Shown: piece by piece, positions 9,808 through 21,843 of the stretch
Numbering within the stretch: position 1 is the stretch's first letter
Layout: each line of letters opens with the position of its first letter
NCBI GenBank assembly: GCA_037927135.1
Contig: JAXSPP010000006.1
Location: 32,001 to 96,000 of the forward strand
DNA length: 64,000 nucleotides
DNA from: Candidatus Pampinifervens sinense
GTDB taxonomy: Bacteria; Aquificota; Aquificia; Aquificales; Aquificaceae
Direction: 5' to 3'
The notes under the pieces: model-generated
What the model was told of the DNA's origin: nothing
Databases searched by the model: none
What the model saw: the letters and a program-made list of their open reading frames with translations, nothing else
Translations under genes and position numbers: made by a program

Positions 9808-10739
9808 ATGAAAAGGCTAACATCCGCTCTTTTTGGGTCCTTACTCTTTGTTTCTGCCACCTTTGGGCAGAGTGTGGTTGTGGAGTGTTTTAATTTACGT
9901 AAAGCTGGGGATTACCAAAGGGCAATAGAGGCTGGGCAGAGGGCAGTAAGGATGTTTCCTAATAGTGTGGATGCAAACTCTTGCCTTGGGGCGAGTTATC
10001 TGAAAGTTGGAGAATTAAAGCTTGCAGTTGAGTATTTAAAGAGGGCGGAAAGCTTGACAAGTGATAAATTGCGGTTGAGTGCAATATATAACCTATTAGG
10101 GTGGGCATTACATCGTATGGGCGACCTCGATTCTGCTTTGTATTACTATAGCAGGAAATTGCCCATAGACAGAGAGCTTGGAGATAAAGAGGGCGAGGCG
10201 GCGGCGCTTGACAATATTGCTTTGATATACCAAGATAAAGGGGACTACGATAAAGCTCTTGAATACTATCAACAGTCTTTGGACCTTACAAAGGATGATA
10301 AGGAAAAAGCAACCAATACAATAACATGGCTACTCTATACTCAGCTAAAGGAGACTATAACAAGGCAATAGAATACTATCAAAAAGCCATTGAACTTGGA
10401 GAAAGAGTAGGAGATTACCATGGAGTAGCACAGACATATCTAAACCTTGGCGATACTTACAGGGAAGTTAGAAACTACGAGTTTGCAGAGGGATACCTTA
10501 CTGAGGGTCTTAAAAGAGTTCAAAGGGTGGGAGATAAGTATTTGGAGGCTTATGGCTATGGATACTTAGGGCTTTTATACAAAGATAAAGGAAATAACAA
10601 GCTTGCTATAGATTACCTTACCAGAGCTTACAATCTTTTTAAAAGCATAGGGGCACAAGCTGATGCTGAAGGGGTAAAGGCGCGTCTCCTTATGCTTGGT
10701 GTTAATCCAGATAAATCACAGAGGGGTAGAAGGAGATAA
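9808..10739 (+). pseudogene. Secreted tetratricopeptide-repeat protein, frameshifted near 10314
   Basis: AAGGAGG SD, signal peptide, TPR repeats in two consecutive frames (9808-10371, 10326-10739). Confidence 0.8.
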
Positions 10740-10968
10740 GGTAAAAAACTCCTACAAAATTTGTATTTGTTGATTTGTTGTATTATATACTCAAAGAGGG
10801 ATAACCCTGTATGGTGTTTTTAGACTATTTGTAGGAATTCTAATTGATATGTTTTTTTCTATGCTGGTGTGGTTTTTATGCAAAAACCCCTCAGTATTAA
10901 CTCCTCTCCCTAAACTTAACAAAATTACCCCACTTTGCTTTATTTAAACCGTGTGGGGGCAAAGAGAG

Positions 10969-11247
10969 CTATGGTTTACCTTCTAAAGCGGTACCAATAG
11001 CAACCAAGATAAATCCAACAAGCATGCCACCATACTGAACAATAACCACAGACCAATCACCCAAAGCAAAACCAATATAGAAAGGAGCAACGGCAAATAC
11101 AATGGGAAACAAGACCATACCGAGTATAAAAGCTCAAACTCCCCAGGTTTTTACTACTATGGCAATACTTGAAAGGAAGCCTATTAACGATGCAAGTATA
11201 AAAACAACGCCTCCAAGGATCTGAATTAACCTTCCAAGAACCTGCAT
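10969..11247 (-). pseudogene. Small membrane protein with internal in-frame TGA
   Basis: TAAGGAGG SD; MQVLGRLIQ...KTWGV*AFILGM...LEGKP; TGA at 11136-11134. Confidence 0.65.
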
Positions 11248-11316
11248 AACAACCTCCTTACCATTTTAGGTTATTAGGTTATTATTTAGGTAAGAAAAAA
11301 TTATAAAAACTATTAG

Positions 11317-11493
11317 AAGAAAATTCAAATAGTGCCACCCGCAGTGGTGCAAGATGTTCTAAATTCATATTGGGAGAAAGAACAACCTGGATTACCCATG
11401 AGGACAAATTTATCTGGTGTAGAAATTGCCTTGCTAGTAATTATTGCAACTATAACAGTTATGGTAATAATTGGTAGTTTCATACCAGAGTAA
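11317..11493 (+). pseudogene. C-terminal fragment of a membrane protein
   Basis: VQDVLNSYWEKEQPGLPMRTNLSGVEIALLVII... preceded by in-frame TAG 11314 and no SD. Confidence 0.4.
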
Positions 11494-11496
11494 TTT

Positions 11497-11763
11497 ATGA
11501 AAATTGTAAGGGAGGCATCAATTAAAGAGATTTTGATTTTACTTGCTGGTGTGTGGGTTTCCTTTGGCATAGGCTACTTTGACAACGCAAGGCCCTATAA
11601 GGACGCATGAGGTAATAGCTATAAGCATTATGATAACCTATGTAAAGATACGGATAGAGACGGAGTGATAAACTACTTTGATTACAACGACAGAAATCCA
11701 TACATTCAAAACAAGTATCAAAAAGACCTGTTTAGGATAAACAACAAAAAGTGGTATAGGTAA
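11497..11763 (+). pseudogene. Small exported protein with DxDxDG motif and internal TGA
   Basis: Hydrophobic N-terminus, YKDA*GNSY, DTDRDGVINYFD; TGA 11608-11610. Confidence 0.6.
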
Positions 11764-11830
11764 TACTTGCTAAAAGCCTACAGGCTAAACCATTCTATTC
11801 TCCACTTCCAAAAACCTATATTTATATCCT

Positions 11831-12679
11831 ATGTATAGGGACCTAAACCAGCAGACGCAAAAGGACCTAAAGGAGTATTTTCAAAACCAAGACTATATGA
11901 TTATTGCCGTTCCAAAGGAGGACCTCATAAGGGTCTATGCCCTCAGAGCTACCAATACGGTGGAGACGGCAAGGAGGCTCCATTCCTTAGAAGGTGAGGA
12001 GCTAAAGCTTATGGCTTATAGCATACTATCCGCCTTGCTTTTGACTTCTCTGGTTAAGCATGCCACAAACCAAAAGGTGCTTTTCAAAATACAGAACGAT
12101 AGTGGTGTGGTGGTGGCTGAGGCGGATGGCATGGGAAGGGTAAGGGGTTTTATGGAGGGCTATCCTTTGGAGGACTGGTCTTCTGGAACCCTTACGGTGG
12201 TAAAGGAGCTAAGGCTTGGCACACCCTATACAAGCATAGTGCCAGTGGTGGGAAGGGATGTGAAAGAGGCCCTTTCCTATTATTTTGAACAGTCGGAGCA
12301 GACAAGGACCTACATAGACATGCTTGTAAAGACCGATGGGGAAAGGATTAAAGAGGCCTTGGCCTACTTGGTGCAGGTCTTGGGCGGTGCAAGGGAGGAG
12401 TCGGTCCGCAAAATAGAAGAGAACATAAAAAGCCTTAGGCTTGAGGGCCTGAGGCCCGAAGATATTGCCATGGCAATCCTGAAGGACATGGAGCCGAGGC
12501 TCATAGGCCTAAAGGAGATAGAGTATTACTGTCCTTGTTCTGAAGAGATTGCAAGGTCAAGCCTTTTGCTTTTGAGCGAGGAGGAGCTGGAGGACATTTT
12601 AAACGAAGGGCCTGCAGAGGTGGTGTGCAAGTTCTGTAAAAAGATATACAGGTTTAGCAGAGAACAGCTTATGTTATAA
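11831..12679 (+). CDS. hslO: Redox-regulated chaperone Hsp33
   Basis: YFEQSEQ, CPC...CKFC zinc switch. Confidence 0.9.
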   Translation: MYRDLNQQTQKDLKEYFQNQDYMIIAVPKEDLIRVYALRATNTVETARRLHSLEGEELKLMAYSILSALLLTSLVKHATNQKVLFKIQNDSGVVVAEADGMGRVRGFMEGYPLEDWSSGTLTVVKELRLGTPYTSIVPVVGRDVKEALSYYFEQSEQTRTYIDMLVKTDGERIKEALAYLVQVLGGAREESVRKIEENIKSLRLEGLRPEDIAMAILKDMEPRLIGLKEIEYYCPCSEEIARSSLLLLSEEELEDILNEGPAEVVCKFCKKIYRFSREQLML

Positions 12680-12761
12680 TTTTTATAAGACCGCACCTTT
12701 CCCAGTTGGGTTGCCCTTAAATAGGGTTCGGGAAAGGGTGGCAAAACCCAAGGAGGTAGCG
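12672..12761 (+). promoter_or_regulatory. rpsB extended -10 promoter and structured 5' leader
   Basis: TGtTATAAT 12672-12680; two interleaved complementary segments; AGGAGG SD. Confidence 0.6.
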
Positions 12762-13589
12762 ATGGCAGTAGTGTCTATGAGAGAACTTTTAGAGGCTGGT
12801 GTCCACTTTGGACACTCAAAGAGCAGATGGAATCCAAAAATGGCACCCTTCCTTTACGGGGTGCGCAATGGCATCCACATAATAGACCTAAATAAGACCA
12901 TAGTCTATCTTGAGCAGGCATACCATTTTGTGGCAGACAGTGTGGCTCAGGGTGCGGAGGTGCTTTTTGTCGGCACAAAGAAGCAGGCAAAGGATGTGAT
13001 AAAGGAAGAAGCCGAAAGGGCTGGAGTTCCTTATGTAAACGAAAGATGGGTTGGAGGCCTTCTTACCAACTTCAGAACGGTGCGTAAAAGTATATTGAGG
13101 TTGCATACCCTTGAGAGGATGGAAGCGGAAGGTGTTTTTGATGTGCTTCCAAAGAAGGAGGTGAGAGCCTTAAAGAGAAAAATGGAGAGGTTGAGAAAGC
13201 TCTATGGTGGCATTGTAAATATGGAAAGGCTTCCCAACATCCTCTGGATTGTGGATACAGTAAGGGAACATCTAGCGGTAAAGGAGGCTAAAAAGCTGGG
13301 CATTACAGTGGTGGCCATAGCAGATTCCAACTGTGATCCAGACCTCATAGATTACCCTATACCGGGCAACGATGATGCCATTAAGTCAATAAAGCTTTTG
13401 ACTTCTAAGATAGCCGATGCGGTAATTGAAGGAAAGCAAAGAAGAGAAAGCCTAGGAGAAGCTGCAATAGAGGTGCCAAGAAGAAGGGTCATAACGGTAG
13501 AGGAAGAGGAAAAGGCGCTGTTTGAAAAGGCTATGGAGATGTCCGAAAAGTATGAATACATAGACAAGGGTGCAGAAGAAGAAGAGTAA
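12762..13589 (+). CDS. rpsB: 30S ribosomal protein S2
   Basis: [23 protein letters not shown] before ATG 12762. Confidence 0.98.
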   Translation: MAVVSMRELLEAGVHFGHSKSRWNPKMAPFLYGVRNGIHIIDLNKTIVYLEQAYHFVADSVAQGAEVLFVGTKKQAKDVIKEEAERAGVPYVNERWVGGLLTNFRTVRKSILRLHTLERMEAEGVFDVLPKKEVRALKRKMERLRKLYGGIVNMERLPNILWIVDTVREHLAVKEAKKLGITVVAIADSNCDPDLIDYPIPGNDDAIKSIKLLTSKIADAVIEGKQRRESLGEAAIEVPRRRVITVEEEEKALFEKAMEMSEKYEYIDKGAEEEE

Positions 13590-13602
13590 AGGAGGTTAAA
13601 GG

Positions 13603-15182
<1,580 letters not shown>

Positions 15183-15198
15183 TTAAGGAGGGAAAGCC

Positions 15199-15744
15199 AT
15201 GATGGAGGACATATTTAAGAGCGCAGAGGAGGATATGAAAAAGGCTGTAAACCACTTTAAAGGTGAGATAGCTGGGCTGAGAACAAGCAGGGCTAGCACC
15301 TCTTTGGTAGAGGAGCTAAAGGTAGAATACTATGGTACAAAAGTGCCACTAAAACAGCTAGGAACTATAAGCGTAAGCGATGTAAATCAGATAACCATCC
15401 AGCTTTGGGATAGCAACGCTGTAGCCAATGTGGAAAAGGCCATCATGGAAAACCTAAACCTAACCCCACAAAGGCAGGGCAACATACTAAGGGTAAACTT
15501 ACCACCTCTTACAGAAGAGAGGAGAAAGGAGTTGGTAAGGCTGTTGCATAAGATGGCTGAGGAGGCAAGGGTGGCAATAAGGAACATAAGGAGGGACGCT
15601 AAAGAGATGATAGAGGATATGGAGGGGGTTTCTGAGGATGAGATAAAAAGGGCGTTGGAGAAGCTTCAAAAGCTCACAGATAAGTATATAGAAGAGGTGA
15701 ACCAGCTTGCCCAGGCAAAAGAAAAAGAGATAATGGGTAGCTAA
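15199..15744 (+). CDS. frr: Ribosome recycling factor
   Basis: LRTSRA, PPLTEERRKEL, RNIRRDA. Confidence 0.97.
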   Translation: MMEDIFKSAEEDMKKAVNHFKGEIAGLRTSRASTSLVEELKVEYYGTKVPLKQLGTISVSDVNQITIQLWDSNAVANVEKAIMENLNLTPQRQGNILRVNLPPLTEERRKELVRLLHKMAEEARVAIRNIRRDAKEMIEDMEGVSEDEIKRALEKLQKLTDKYIEEVNQLAQAKEKEIMGS

Positions 15745-15764
15745 AAGGTTTTATATTATTCACT

Positions 15765-16061
15765 ATGGATTTCCCCGAGCTTTTGGTTATACTGGCCGTT
15801 GCCTTTATATTCTTAGGACCAGAAAAGATGGTAGAGGTGGCCACCAAGCTGGGAGAGTTTTTACGCAAAGTGAGGGAAACATGGGATGAGATAAGGTACC
15901 AGCTTTACGTGGAAAGCATTAACAAGAAGATAATGGAGGAAAGTAAAGAGGAAGAAACATACCAAGAGGAGAAGGAGGTGAAAGAGGAAGATGGAGCCCT
16001 ACGAACTTCCCAAGATGCCCCTGACGGAACATCTGAGGGAGCTAAGAAGCAGGCTGATTAA
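15765..16061 (+). CDS. tatB: Tat translocase TatB/TatA-family subunit
   Basis: ELLVILAVAFIFLGPEK, directly before tatC. Confidence 0.8.
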   Translation: MDFPELLVILAVAFIFLGPEKMVEVATKLGEFLRKVRETWDEIRYQLYVESINKKIMEESKEEETYQEEKEVKEEDGALRTSQDAPDGTSEGAKKQAD

Positions 16062-16749
16062 ATCCATACTGGCCTTCTTTATAGGAACAGGTATAGCCTT
16101 CTACTTTGCCAACTACATCTTTGAAGTGCTAAAAGAGCCTGTCAAGAGGTCCTACCCAAAGGTGGAGCTTATCACCCTATCACCCACAGAACCCCTCTTC
16201 ATCCTACTCAAAATATCCGTTGTCTTTGGCTTCATCCTTTCTTCCCCATTCATACTCTACCAGCTTTGGAGGTTTGTAGAACCCGCACTATACCCTAACG
16301 AGAAGAGGCTTATAATCCCCATTACCCTTGTTTCCATAGTCCTTTTTCTGCTTGGAAGCGCCTTTTCCTATTTTATAGTCCTTCCAATGGCCCTGAAGTT
16401 TCTCCTAGGTATAGGCCTCTCCCAGCTTCAAGCCACACCCTTTCTCTCTGTAAACCTATACATCTCCTTTTTACTTAAGATGATCGTTGGCTTTGGCATA
16501 GCCTTTGAACTTCCCGTAATCATCTTCCTCCTTCAGAGGGCGGGTGTGGTCAGCGAGGAACAGCTCAAATCTTTCAGGAAGTACTTTATAGTTATAGCCT
16601 TTGTGGTAGGTGCCCTTATAGCTCCAGATGTGACCACGCAGGTTCTTATGGCCATACCCCTTATCTTGCTGTATGAGATCTCTTTGCTTGCAGGAAAGCT
16701 GGGCAAAAGAAAACAGAAGGTAAAGGCCATTGAGGTGGTGCAAGAATGA
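15991..16749 (+). CDS. tatC: Tat translocase TatC
   Basis: HLRELRSRL, FVEPALY, FELP, APD. Confidence 0.96.
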   Translation: MEPYELPKMPLTEHLRELRSRLIKSILAFFIGTGIAFYFANYIFEVLKEPVKRSYPKVELITLSPTEPLFILLKISVVFGFILSSPFILYQLWRFVEPALYPNEKRLIIPITLVSIVLFLLGSAFSYFIVLPMALKFLLGIGLSQLQATPFLSVNLYISFLLKMIVGFGIAFELPVIIFLLQRAGVVSEEQLKSFRKYFIVIAFVVGALIAPDVTTQVLMAIPLILLYEISLLAGKLGKRKQKVKAIEVVQE

Positions 16750-17690
16750 AAGTGCTTATAACGGGAGCAACGGGCTTTATAGGAAGGTATATAGTAAAGG
16801 AACTGCTATCAGAAGGCTATGAGGTGGGCTTTCTTGTAAGAAGTGTGGAAAAGGCCCATAGACTTTTTGGGGATAGGGTAAGGCCCTACAGGGTAGATTT
16901 TGAGGACACAGCCTCCCTTGAAAAAGCTTTTTTAGACTTCTCCCCAGACTTTCTTATACACCTCATCGGTATACTTTTGGAAGACAAAAGACATGGACAG
17001 ACCTTTATGAGGGTTCATTACCTTTATGCCAAAAACCTATACCGAGTTGCGAAGGATTATGGAAAGATAAGGAAGGTTGTGCATATGAGCTCCCTTGGAA
17101 CCCATAGGGATGCTCCCTCCATGTATCACAGAACCAAATACATGGCGGAGGAAGAACTAAGAAGGTCTGGGCTAAATTACACCATATTGAGGCCTTCCAT
17201 AGTGCTAGGACCAGAGCAAAGGCTTTTTTATGACATGTGGCGCATTACCAAGTATATAAGGCTTGTGGCATTGCCCGGTGGTGGCTCTTACCTTTTCCAG
17301 CCGGTGGATGTGAGGGATGTGGCCTGTGCCTTTGTGAAAGCCCTTAGCCTAAAGGAGAGCGATGGGAGAACTTATGAGCTTTGCGGTAACAAGAGGGTAA
17401 GCTTTAAAGAGCTACTTGAGGACATCTTTAGCGCATGGAAAAGAAGAGTTTTACTCCTTCCTGTGCCCAAAGTTTTTATGTACCTTGCAGGCCTACTGAT
17501 AGAAAGAATTATACAGCCGCCACCCTTTAGCTCAGACCAGATGCTTATGATGTGGAGGGACAATGTGTGCGGTCTTGACCCAGAGGTGGAAAGCCAAGGC
17601 GTGCAAAAGCTATGTGGAAGGGAGCCAATTCCCTACGAGGATTCTTTAAAGTGGAGCTTGGAAGAGTTTAGGAGGCGTATAAATGCCTGA
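16746..17690 (+). CDS. NDUFA9-like atypical SDR / NAD-dependent epimerase
   Basis: ITGATGFIG, YHRTK, LRPS, FQPVDVRDVA. Confidence 0.85.
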   Translation: MKVLITGATGFIGRYIVKELLSEGYEVGFLVRSVEKAHRLFGDRVRPYRVDFEDTASLEKAFLDFSPDFLIHLIGILLEDKRHGQTFMRVHYLYAKNLYRVAKDYGKIRKVVHMSSLGTHRDAPSMYHRTKYMAEEELRRSGLNYTILRPSIVLGPEQRLFYDMWRITKYIRLVALPGGGSYLFQPVDVRDVACAFVKALSLKESDGRTYELCGNKRVSFKELLEDIFSAWKRRVLLLPVPKVFMYLAGLLIERIIQPPPFSSDQMLMMWRDNVCGLDPEVESQGVQKLCGREPIPYEDSLKWSLEEFRRRINA

Positions 17691-18612
17691 CCTTTCTGTG
17701 GAGCTCTTTGGCGTAAGGTTCAAAAACCCTGTATGGGTGGCCTCTGGCACCTTCGGCTATGGCTTGGAAGCTCTGGAACTCTACGATATATCAAAGCTTG
17801 GTGCTGTGGTTACAAAGGGTATATCCCTTAGGCCAAGGCAAGGAAACGCACCGGAGAGGATAGCTGAAACCCCCTGCGGTATGTTAAACTCCATAGGCCT
17901 CCAAAACCCAGGAGTGGAAGGCTTTTTAAAGAAGATATACCCGGAGATAAAAAAGATAGACACCCACTTTATAGCCAACGTCTTTGGGGAGGAAGAAGAA
18001 GAGTATGTAGAAGTCTGTCTTGCCCTTGAGGAGGCAGATAAGATAGTGGCCTATGAGCTAAACGTTTCTTGTCCCAATGTAAAAAAGGGTGGCATGCTCT
18101 TTGGGCATGATCCAAATACTTTGAGAAGGCTTGTAGAAAGGGTAAAGTCAAAGGTCAAAAAGCCTGTGCTTGTAAAGCTCTCACCCAATACAGGGGACAT
18201 AGTAAGCTTTGCCAAAGTATGCGTAGAAGCTGGTGCAGACGGCCTTGTACTGATAAATACCTTGCTTGGCATGAAGATAGATACAAAGAGCCAGAGGCCT
18301 GAGCTTTCCACCCTTATGGGTGGGTTATCTGGCCCAGCCATACTTCCTATAGCCGTAAGGATGGTTTGGGAGGTCTTTTCATACCTTGGCTCCTCCATCC
18401 CAATCATAGGCGTGGGAGGCATATACGACACGGACTCTGCCCTGCAACACATCCTTGCTGGAGCTATATGCGTGCAGGTGGGAACGGCCAACTTCTTTGA
18501 TCCTTTCGCACCTTTAAAGATCATTGAAGGTATAGAGGAGTATATGCAACAGAGGTCTATGGAGAAATTTACTGACCTTGTTGGGAGGGCCCATAGGCTT
18601 GTGATAAGGTGA
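17683..18612 (+). CDS. pyrD: Dihydroorotate dehydrogenase family 1B catalytic subunit
   Basis: ASGTFG, NSIGLQNPG, NVSCPN, KLSPN, GGLSG. Confidence 0.95.
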   Translation: MPDLSVELFGVRFKNPVWVASGTFGYGLEALELYDISKLGAVVTKGISLRPRQGNAPERIAETPCGMLNSIGLQNPGVEGFLKKIYPEIKKIDTHFIANVFGEEEEEYVEVCLALEEADKIVAYELNVSCPNVKKGGMLFGHDPNTLRRLVERVKSKVKKPVLVKLSPNTGDIVSFAKVCVEAGADGLVLINTLLGMKIDTKSQRPELSTLMGGLSGPAILPIAVRMVWEVFSYLGSSIPIIGVGGIYDTDSALQHILAGAICVQVGTANFFDPFAPLKIIEGIEEYMQQRSMEKFTDLVGRAHRLVIR

Positions 18613-18617
18613 TGCTT

Positions 18618-19655
18618 CTACACCTTATGATCTCTGTCTTTATACAACTCCAGTCCCTTTTCAATGGCAAGAGGTACATCCTTTTCACTTTCAAGGACCA
18701 CACATCTTACCCATGGGTGATAGTGATAAGCAGCGGGAAAGTCCTTTACAAATATGGCTAAAGTGGGAACCCTTAGAGCAACAGACATATGATAGGGACC
18801 ACTGTCGGTGGATATAAAGAGAGAACAGGACCTTATAAGGCCTGGCAATTCAAGTATATCTGTGGATCCTGCAAGGTCGTAGGCGGGCAAAGGGTAATCC
18901 TTGAGAAACTCCTCATTTATATCCTTTTCAAAGGAAGCACCAGTAAGCACAAGTATAGCTCCCGTGCTTTTTTGAATTTCTTCAATCACTTTTCTCAAAA
19001 GCCTTAGGTTGGGTCGCCTCCAAAGGGCATCTGGTGTACCGCATCCTATGTTTAGTCCTATAAGATTGGCTTCCTCTGGAATTCCAAAGCTTTTACGAAA
19101 ATTTTTTCTAAAGCTTACAGCCTCTTCCGTTTCTTCCAGTTCTATGGGTATATTATTCCTCTCTATGCCTAAGGCCTTTAGAACTACAAAATATCTATCG
19201 GTGTAATCGGGAGTTTTAAGCACCTTTCTAGACGGTGGTGATGACATGCTATAAAAGAATCTCCTAAAGGGAATTTCTGCTATGCCCAAGGTTGGGATTT
19301 TGTGCCTTAGGCGTGCGTAAAGGCAGAGTATGGAGCTTTTAAGCCCATGCGGTTCAAAATCTATAATAAAATCTGGTTTTACTATCTTTAGCACTTGTTC
19401 AAATTCTCTTATAAACCTTTTCCAATCCTTTAGGCCCTTTATCCTTTTATCAATAACGTGAAAGGAGGACAGAAGATGATGTTTAGAGATTAACCTTTCG
19501 GAAACATAACCTTTATCCTTTGTAAGGAAAAGAAGGTGTAGATTAGACTCTGGAAACCTATTTTTGAGGGCCCTCCAGCTTGCACTGGCCCTTAACAGGT
19601 CGCCAATACCAGCAGAATGGCCAACTAACATAAGTATTTCCTTAGGCTCTCTCAT
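18618..19655 (-). CDS. Glycosyltransferase family 9 (LPS heptosyltransferase-like)
   Basis: GIGD, DSGPYHMSVALRVPT. Confidence 0.85.
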   Translation of the reverse strand: MREPKEILMLVGHSAGIGDLLRASASWRALKNRFPESNLHLLFLTKDKGYVSERLISKHHLLSSFHVIDKRIKGLKDWKRFIREFEQVLKIVKPDFIIDFEPHGLKSSILCLYARLRHKIPTLGIAEIPFRRFFYSMSSPPSRKVLKTPDYTDRYFVVLKALGIERNNIPIELEETEEAVSFRKNFRKSFGIPEEANLIGLNIGCGTPDALWRRPNLRLLRKVIEEIQKSTGAILVLTGASFEKDINEEFLKDYPLPAYDLAGSTDILELPGLIRSCSLFISTDSGPYHMSVALRVPTLAIFVKDFPAAYHYHPWVRCVVLESEKDVPLAIEKGLELYKDRDHKV

Positions 19656-20766
19656 ATCCTTCTATCATTCTAAACCATAAGAAATACAAAGGCAATAAAG
19701 CATCCCAAAAACCTGTAAATAAGGAACCTACAAACATTACGGAAGGCATAAGTAAAAAGGGAATAACCAAAAAGTCTGCAAGTTTGTATCTAAAAACAAA
19801 AGAGTAGTATTTCCAGTATAGCCAAAGAAGGGCCAAAAGGCCCAAAAGGCCCTTTTCTATAAACTCTGATACAAAAAGGATTGATTCATAGCCTACAGCG
19901 GACTCTATATATAGCCCTTCCCTTTCTTCAGGTTTAAGACCATGGCCTATCAAAAGTGGAATAACATTTGCCTCCTTTATATCCCTTTCTATTACCATAA
20001 GACCTGCCCTTAAGTTGGCCCACCTTAGGCTAGATATGGCGTCCAAAGTTTTATTGTCCAGCCTTTCTTGACCAGTAAGAACCTTATAAAAAGCTTGGAA
20101 TCTTGCATCCTTTTTCATAAAGTTATATGAAAAAACTGCGCCTAGTGAGATGGAAAGCAAGGCTATTACCATCATATACCTAAGTTTTATAACACCTCTG
20201 AGTAAAAAGACAAGCAATAGGAGAGTTATGACAAGACCAAGTATGGTGGACCTCCTTAGTGTAAAAAAGACTATTGATATAAACACAAAAAAGGACAAAA
20301 GCCACCAAATCCTTTTCGTTTTTAAGAACAAGGCTAAGGCAGAAAGGCTAAAAAGAGAATAAAAGGTGGCCACTTCAAAGACACCACCCCATATTGGAGC
20401 TATTGTGCCTTTATAATGGTATTTATAAAACACAACCGGTAGCAAAAGAAAGCCGATAAGGTTAAGTATAAGGTTTAACCTATAAAGGTATTTTTCATTA
20501 GCTTTCACTTCGTCACCACCAAAATAAAGGAAAAGAAATACGCTTCTCTCAATGGCTTTGTTCAAAAGGTGTGGTGCGTATATTAAAGTGGAAAGTAAGG
20601 TAGGGATTGCATGAATTAATAATGGTAGAGAAAGTGTACCTTTAAGGCTTTTCTTTTTCCTTATATGAACTACGAATATATAAATTAGTCCAAGGATGAC
20701 CGCACCTTCAAAGATGCTTATTGACAAAAAGGATAGTATGGTAAGTAAAATTACAAAGGAATTCAT
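19642..20766 (-). CDS. O-antigen ligase-like polytopic membrane protein
   Basis: Many TM helices, TLRRS, SLRW, PLLIGHG, EKGLLG; next to GT9. Confidence 0.7.
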   Translation of the reverse strand: MNSFVILLTILSFLSISIFEGAVILGLIYIFVVHIRKKKSLKGTLSLPLLIHAIPTLLSTLIYAPHLLNKAIERSVFLFLYFGGDEVKANEKYLYRLNLILNLIGFLLLPVVFYKYHYKGTIAPIWGGVFEVATFYSLFSLSALALFLKTKRIWWLLSFFVFISIVFFTLRRSTILGLVITLLLLVFLLRGVIKLRYMMVIALLSISLGAVFSYNFMKKDARFQAFYKVLTGQERLDNKTLDAISSLRWANLRAGLMVIERDIKEANVIPLLIGHGLKPEEREGLYIESAVGYESILFVSEFIEKGLLGLLALLWLYWKYYSFVFRYKLADFLVIPFLLMPSVMFVGSLFTGFWDALLPLYFLWFRMIEGYERA

Positions 20767-20783
20767 GCTGTTAATTATAAACT

Positions 20784-21593
20784 CTATACGTACTTTAACA
20801 CAGCTTCTTTTACCACCTCGTAAGGAACCTCTAAGCCGGTCCATATTCTAAAGCTCTCCATGCCCTGATATAGGAGCATATCTAGGCCATCCTGAAAAGG
20901 GCAACCTTTTTCCTTGGCCTTTTTCAAAAGGGGAGTCTCTTTGTATATGATGTCCACTACTGTGTGGCTTGGCTCTAAAAGGTCATAATCAAAGAGGGGG
21001 GGATCATCCTCCTTTAATCCGGAGGAGGTAGTATTGACTATAAGTTTAACCTCTTTTAGCACATACTCAGGCCTCTTTACCACTTTACAGCCAAAACTTT
21101 CGCAGAGTTTGTAAGCTTTTTCTATAGTTCTGTTCCACAAAAAAACTTCTGCTTCTTCGCCTTTTAGGGCATAAAGGATGGCCCTTGAGGATCCTCCTGC
21201 GCCAAGGACCAATGTCCTTACGCCTTTCAGGTTTGGCAAAAGCTTCTTTACAGCCTTTAAAAATCCTATCCAATCTGTATTGTAGGCATAGACACCCTCT
21301 TGGGTAAACTTCAGAGTGTTGGCCGCACCTATAGCCTTTGCATGATGGTCTGCAAAATCTGCGAATTCTAGGGCCCTTTCCTTATGGGGTAGGGTCACAT
21401 TCACACCTTTAACACCAAGGGCCTTAAGGCCCTTAAAGGCCGTCTCAAACTCTTCAGGCCTTACCTCAAAGGGAACATAGACAGCGTTTATTGAATGGTA
21501 TTCAAAGGCTCTGTTTTGGAAGACGGGAGAAAGAGAATGTTTGATAGGATAGCCTATTACGCCATAGACTTCCGTTTTGCCATCAAGGTTCAT
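20784..21593 (-). CDS. aroE: Shikimate dehydrogenase
   Basis: HSLSP, NVTLPHK, NTD, GAGG. Confidence 0.96.
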   Translation of the reverse strand: MNLDGKTEVYGVIGYPIKHSLSPVFQNRAFEYHSINAVYVPFEVRPEEFETAFKGLKALGVKGVNVTLPHKERALEFADFADHHAKAIGAANTLKFTQEGVYAYNTDWIGFLKAVKKLLPNLKGVRTLVLGAGGSSRAILYALKGEEAEVFLWNRTIEKAYKLCESFGCKVVKRPEYVLKEVKLIVNTTSSGLKEDDPPLFDYDLLEPSHTVVDIIYKETPLLKKAKEKGCPFQDGLDMLLYQGMESFRIWTGLEVPYEVVKEAVLKYV

Positions 21594-21841
21594 CCTATTT
21601 GGTACTTGGGTTGGAGGATCTCCACCTTTTTGACCCAGCTGAGGTTGCCCTTAATGGCCATATCTACCACATTCTTTAAGCTTACGTCCACTATGGGGCA
21701 GTCCGTGCATCCTCCTTCAAATTGTAGATACACTTCGCCTTCTCTTATGTCCACCACCTTTAGATTGCCATGATGATCTTTTAAAGCTGGTCTTATCTTC
21801 TCAAGTATAGCTTCTACTTCTCTTAGTTCTTTTTCTTCCAT
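21590..21841 (-). CDS. NifU C-terminal (Nfu) domain Fe-S carrier
   Basis: IRPAL..HHG, GGCTDCP (CxxC). Confidence 0.85.
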   Translation of the reverse strand: MEEKELREVEAILEKIRPALKDHHGNLKVVDIREGEVYLQFEGGCTDCPIVDVSLKNVVDMAIKGNLSWVKKVEILQPKYQIG

Positions 21842-21843
21842 AG

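Noticed and set aside
9808-10739. TPR gene as a diversity-generating retroelement target
   Set aside because: No template/variable repeat pair or reverse transcriptase in the window
10750-10836. 9-bp inverted repeat TCCTACAAA/TTTGTAGGA
   Set aside because: Too short in AT-rich DNA, with no TSD or second copy
11266-11293. TTAGGTTA short tandem repeat
   Set aside because: Only 2-3 imperfect units; no supportable function
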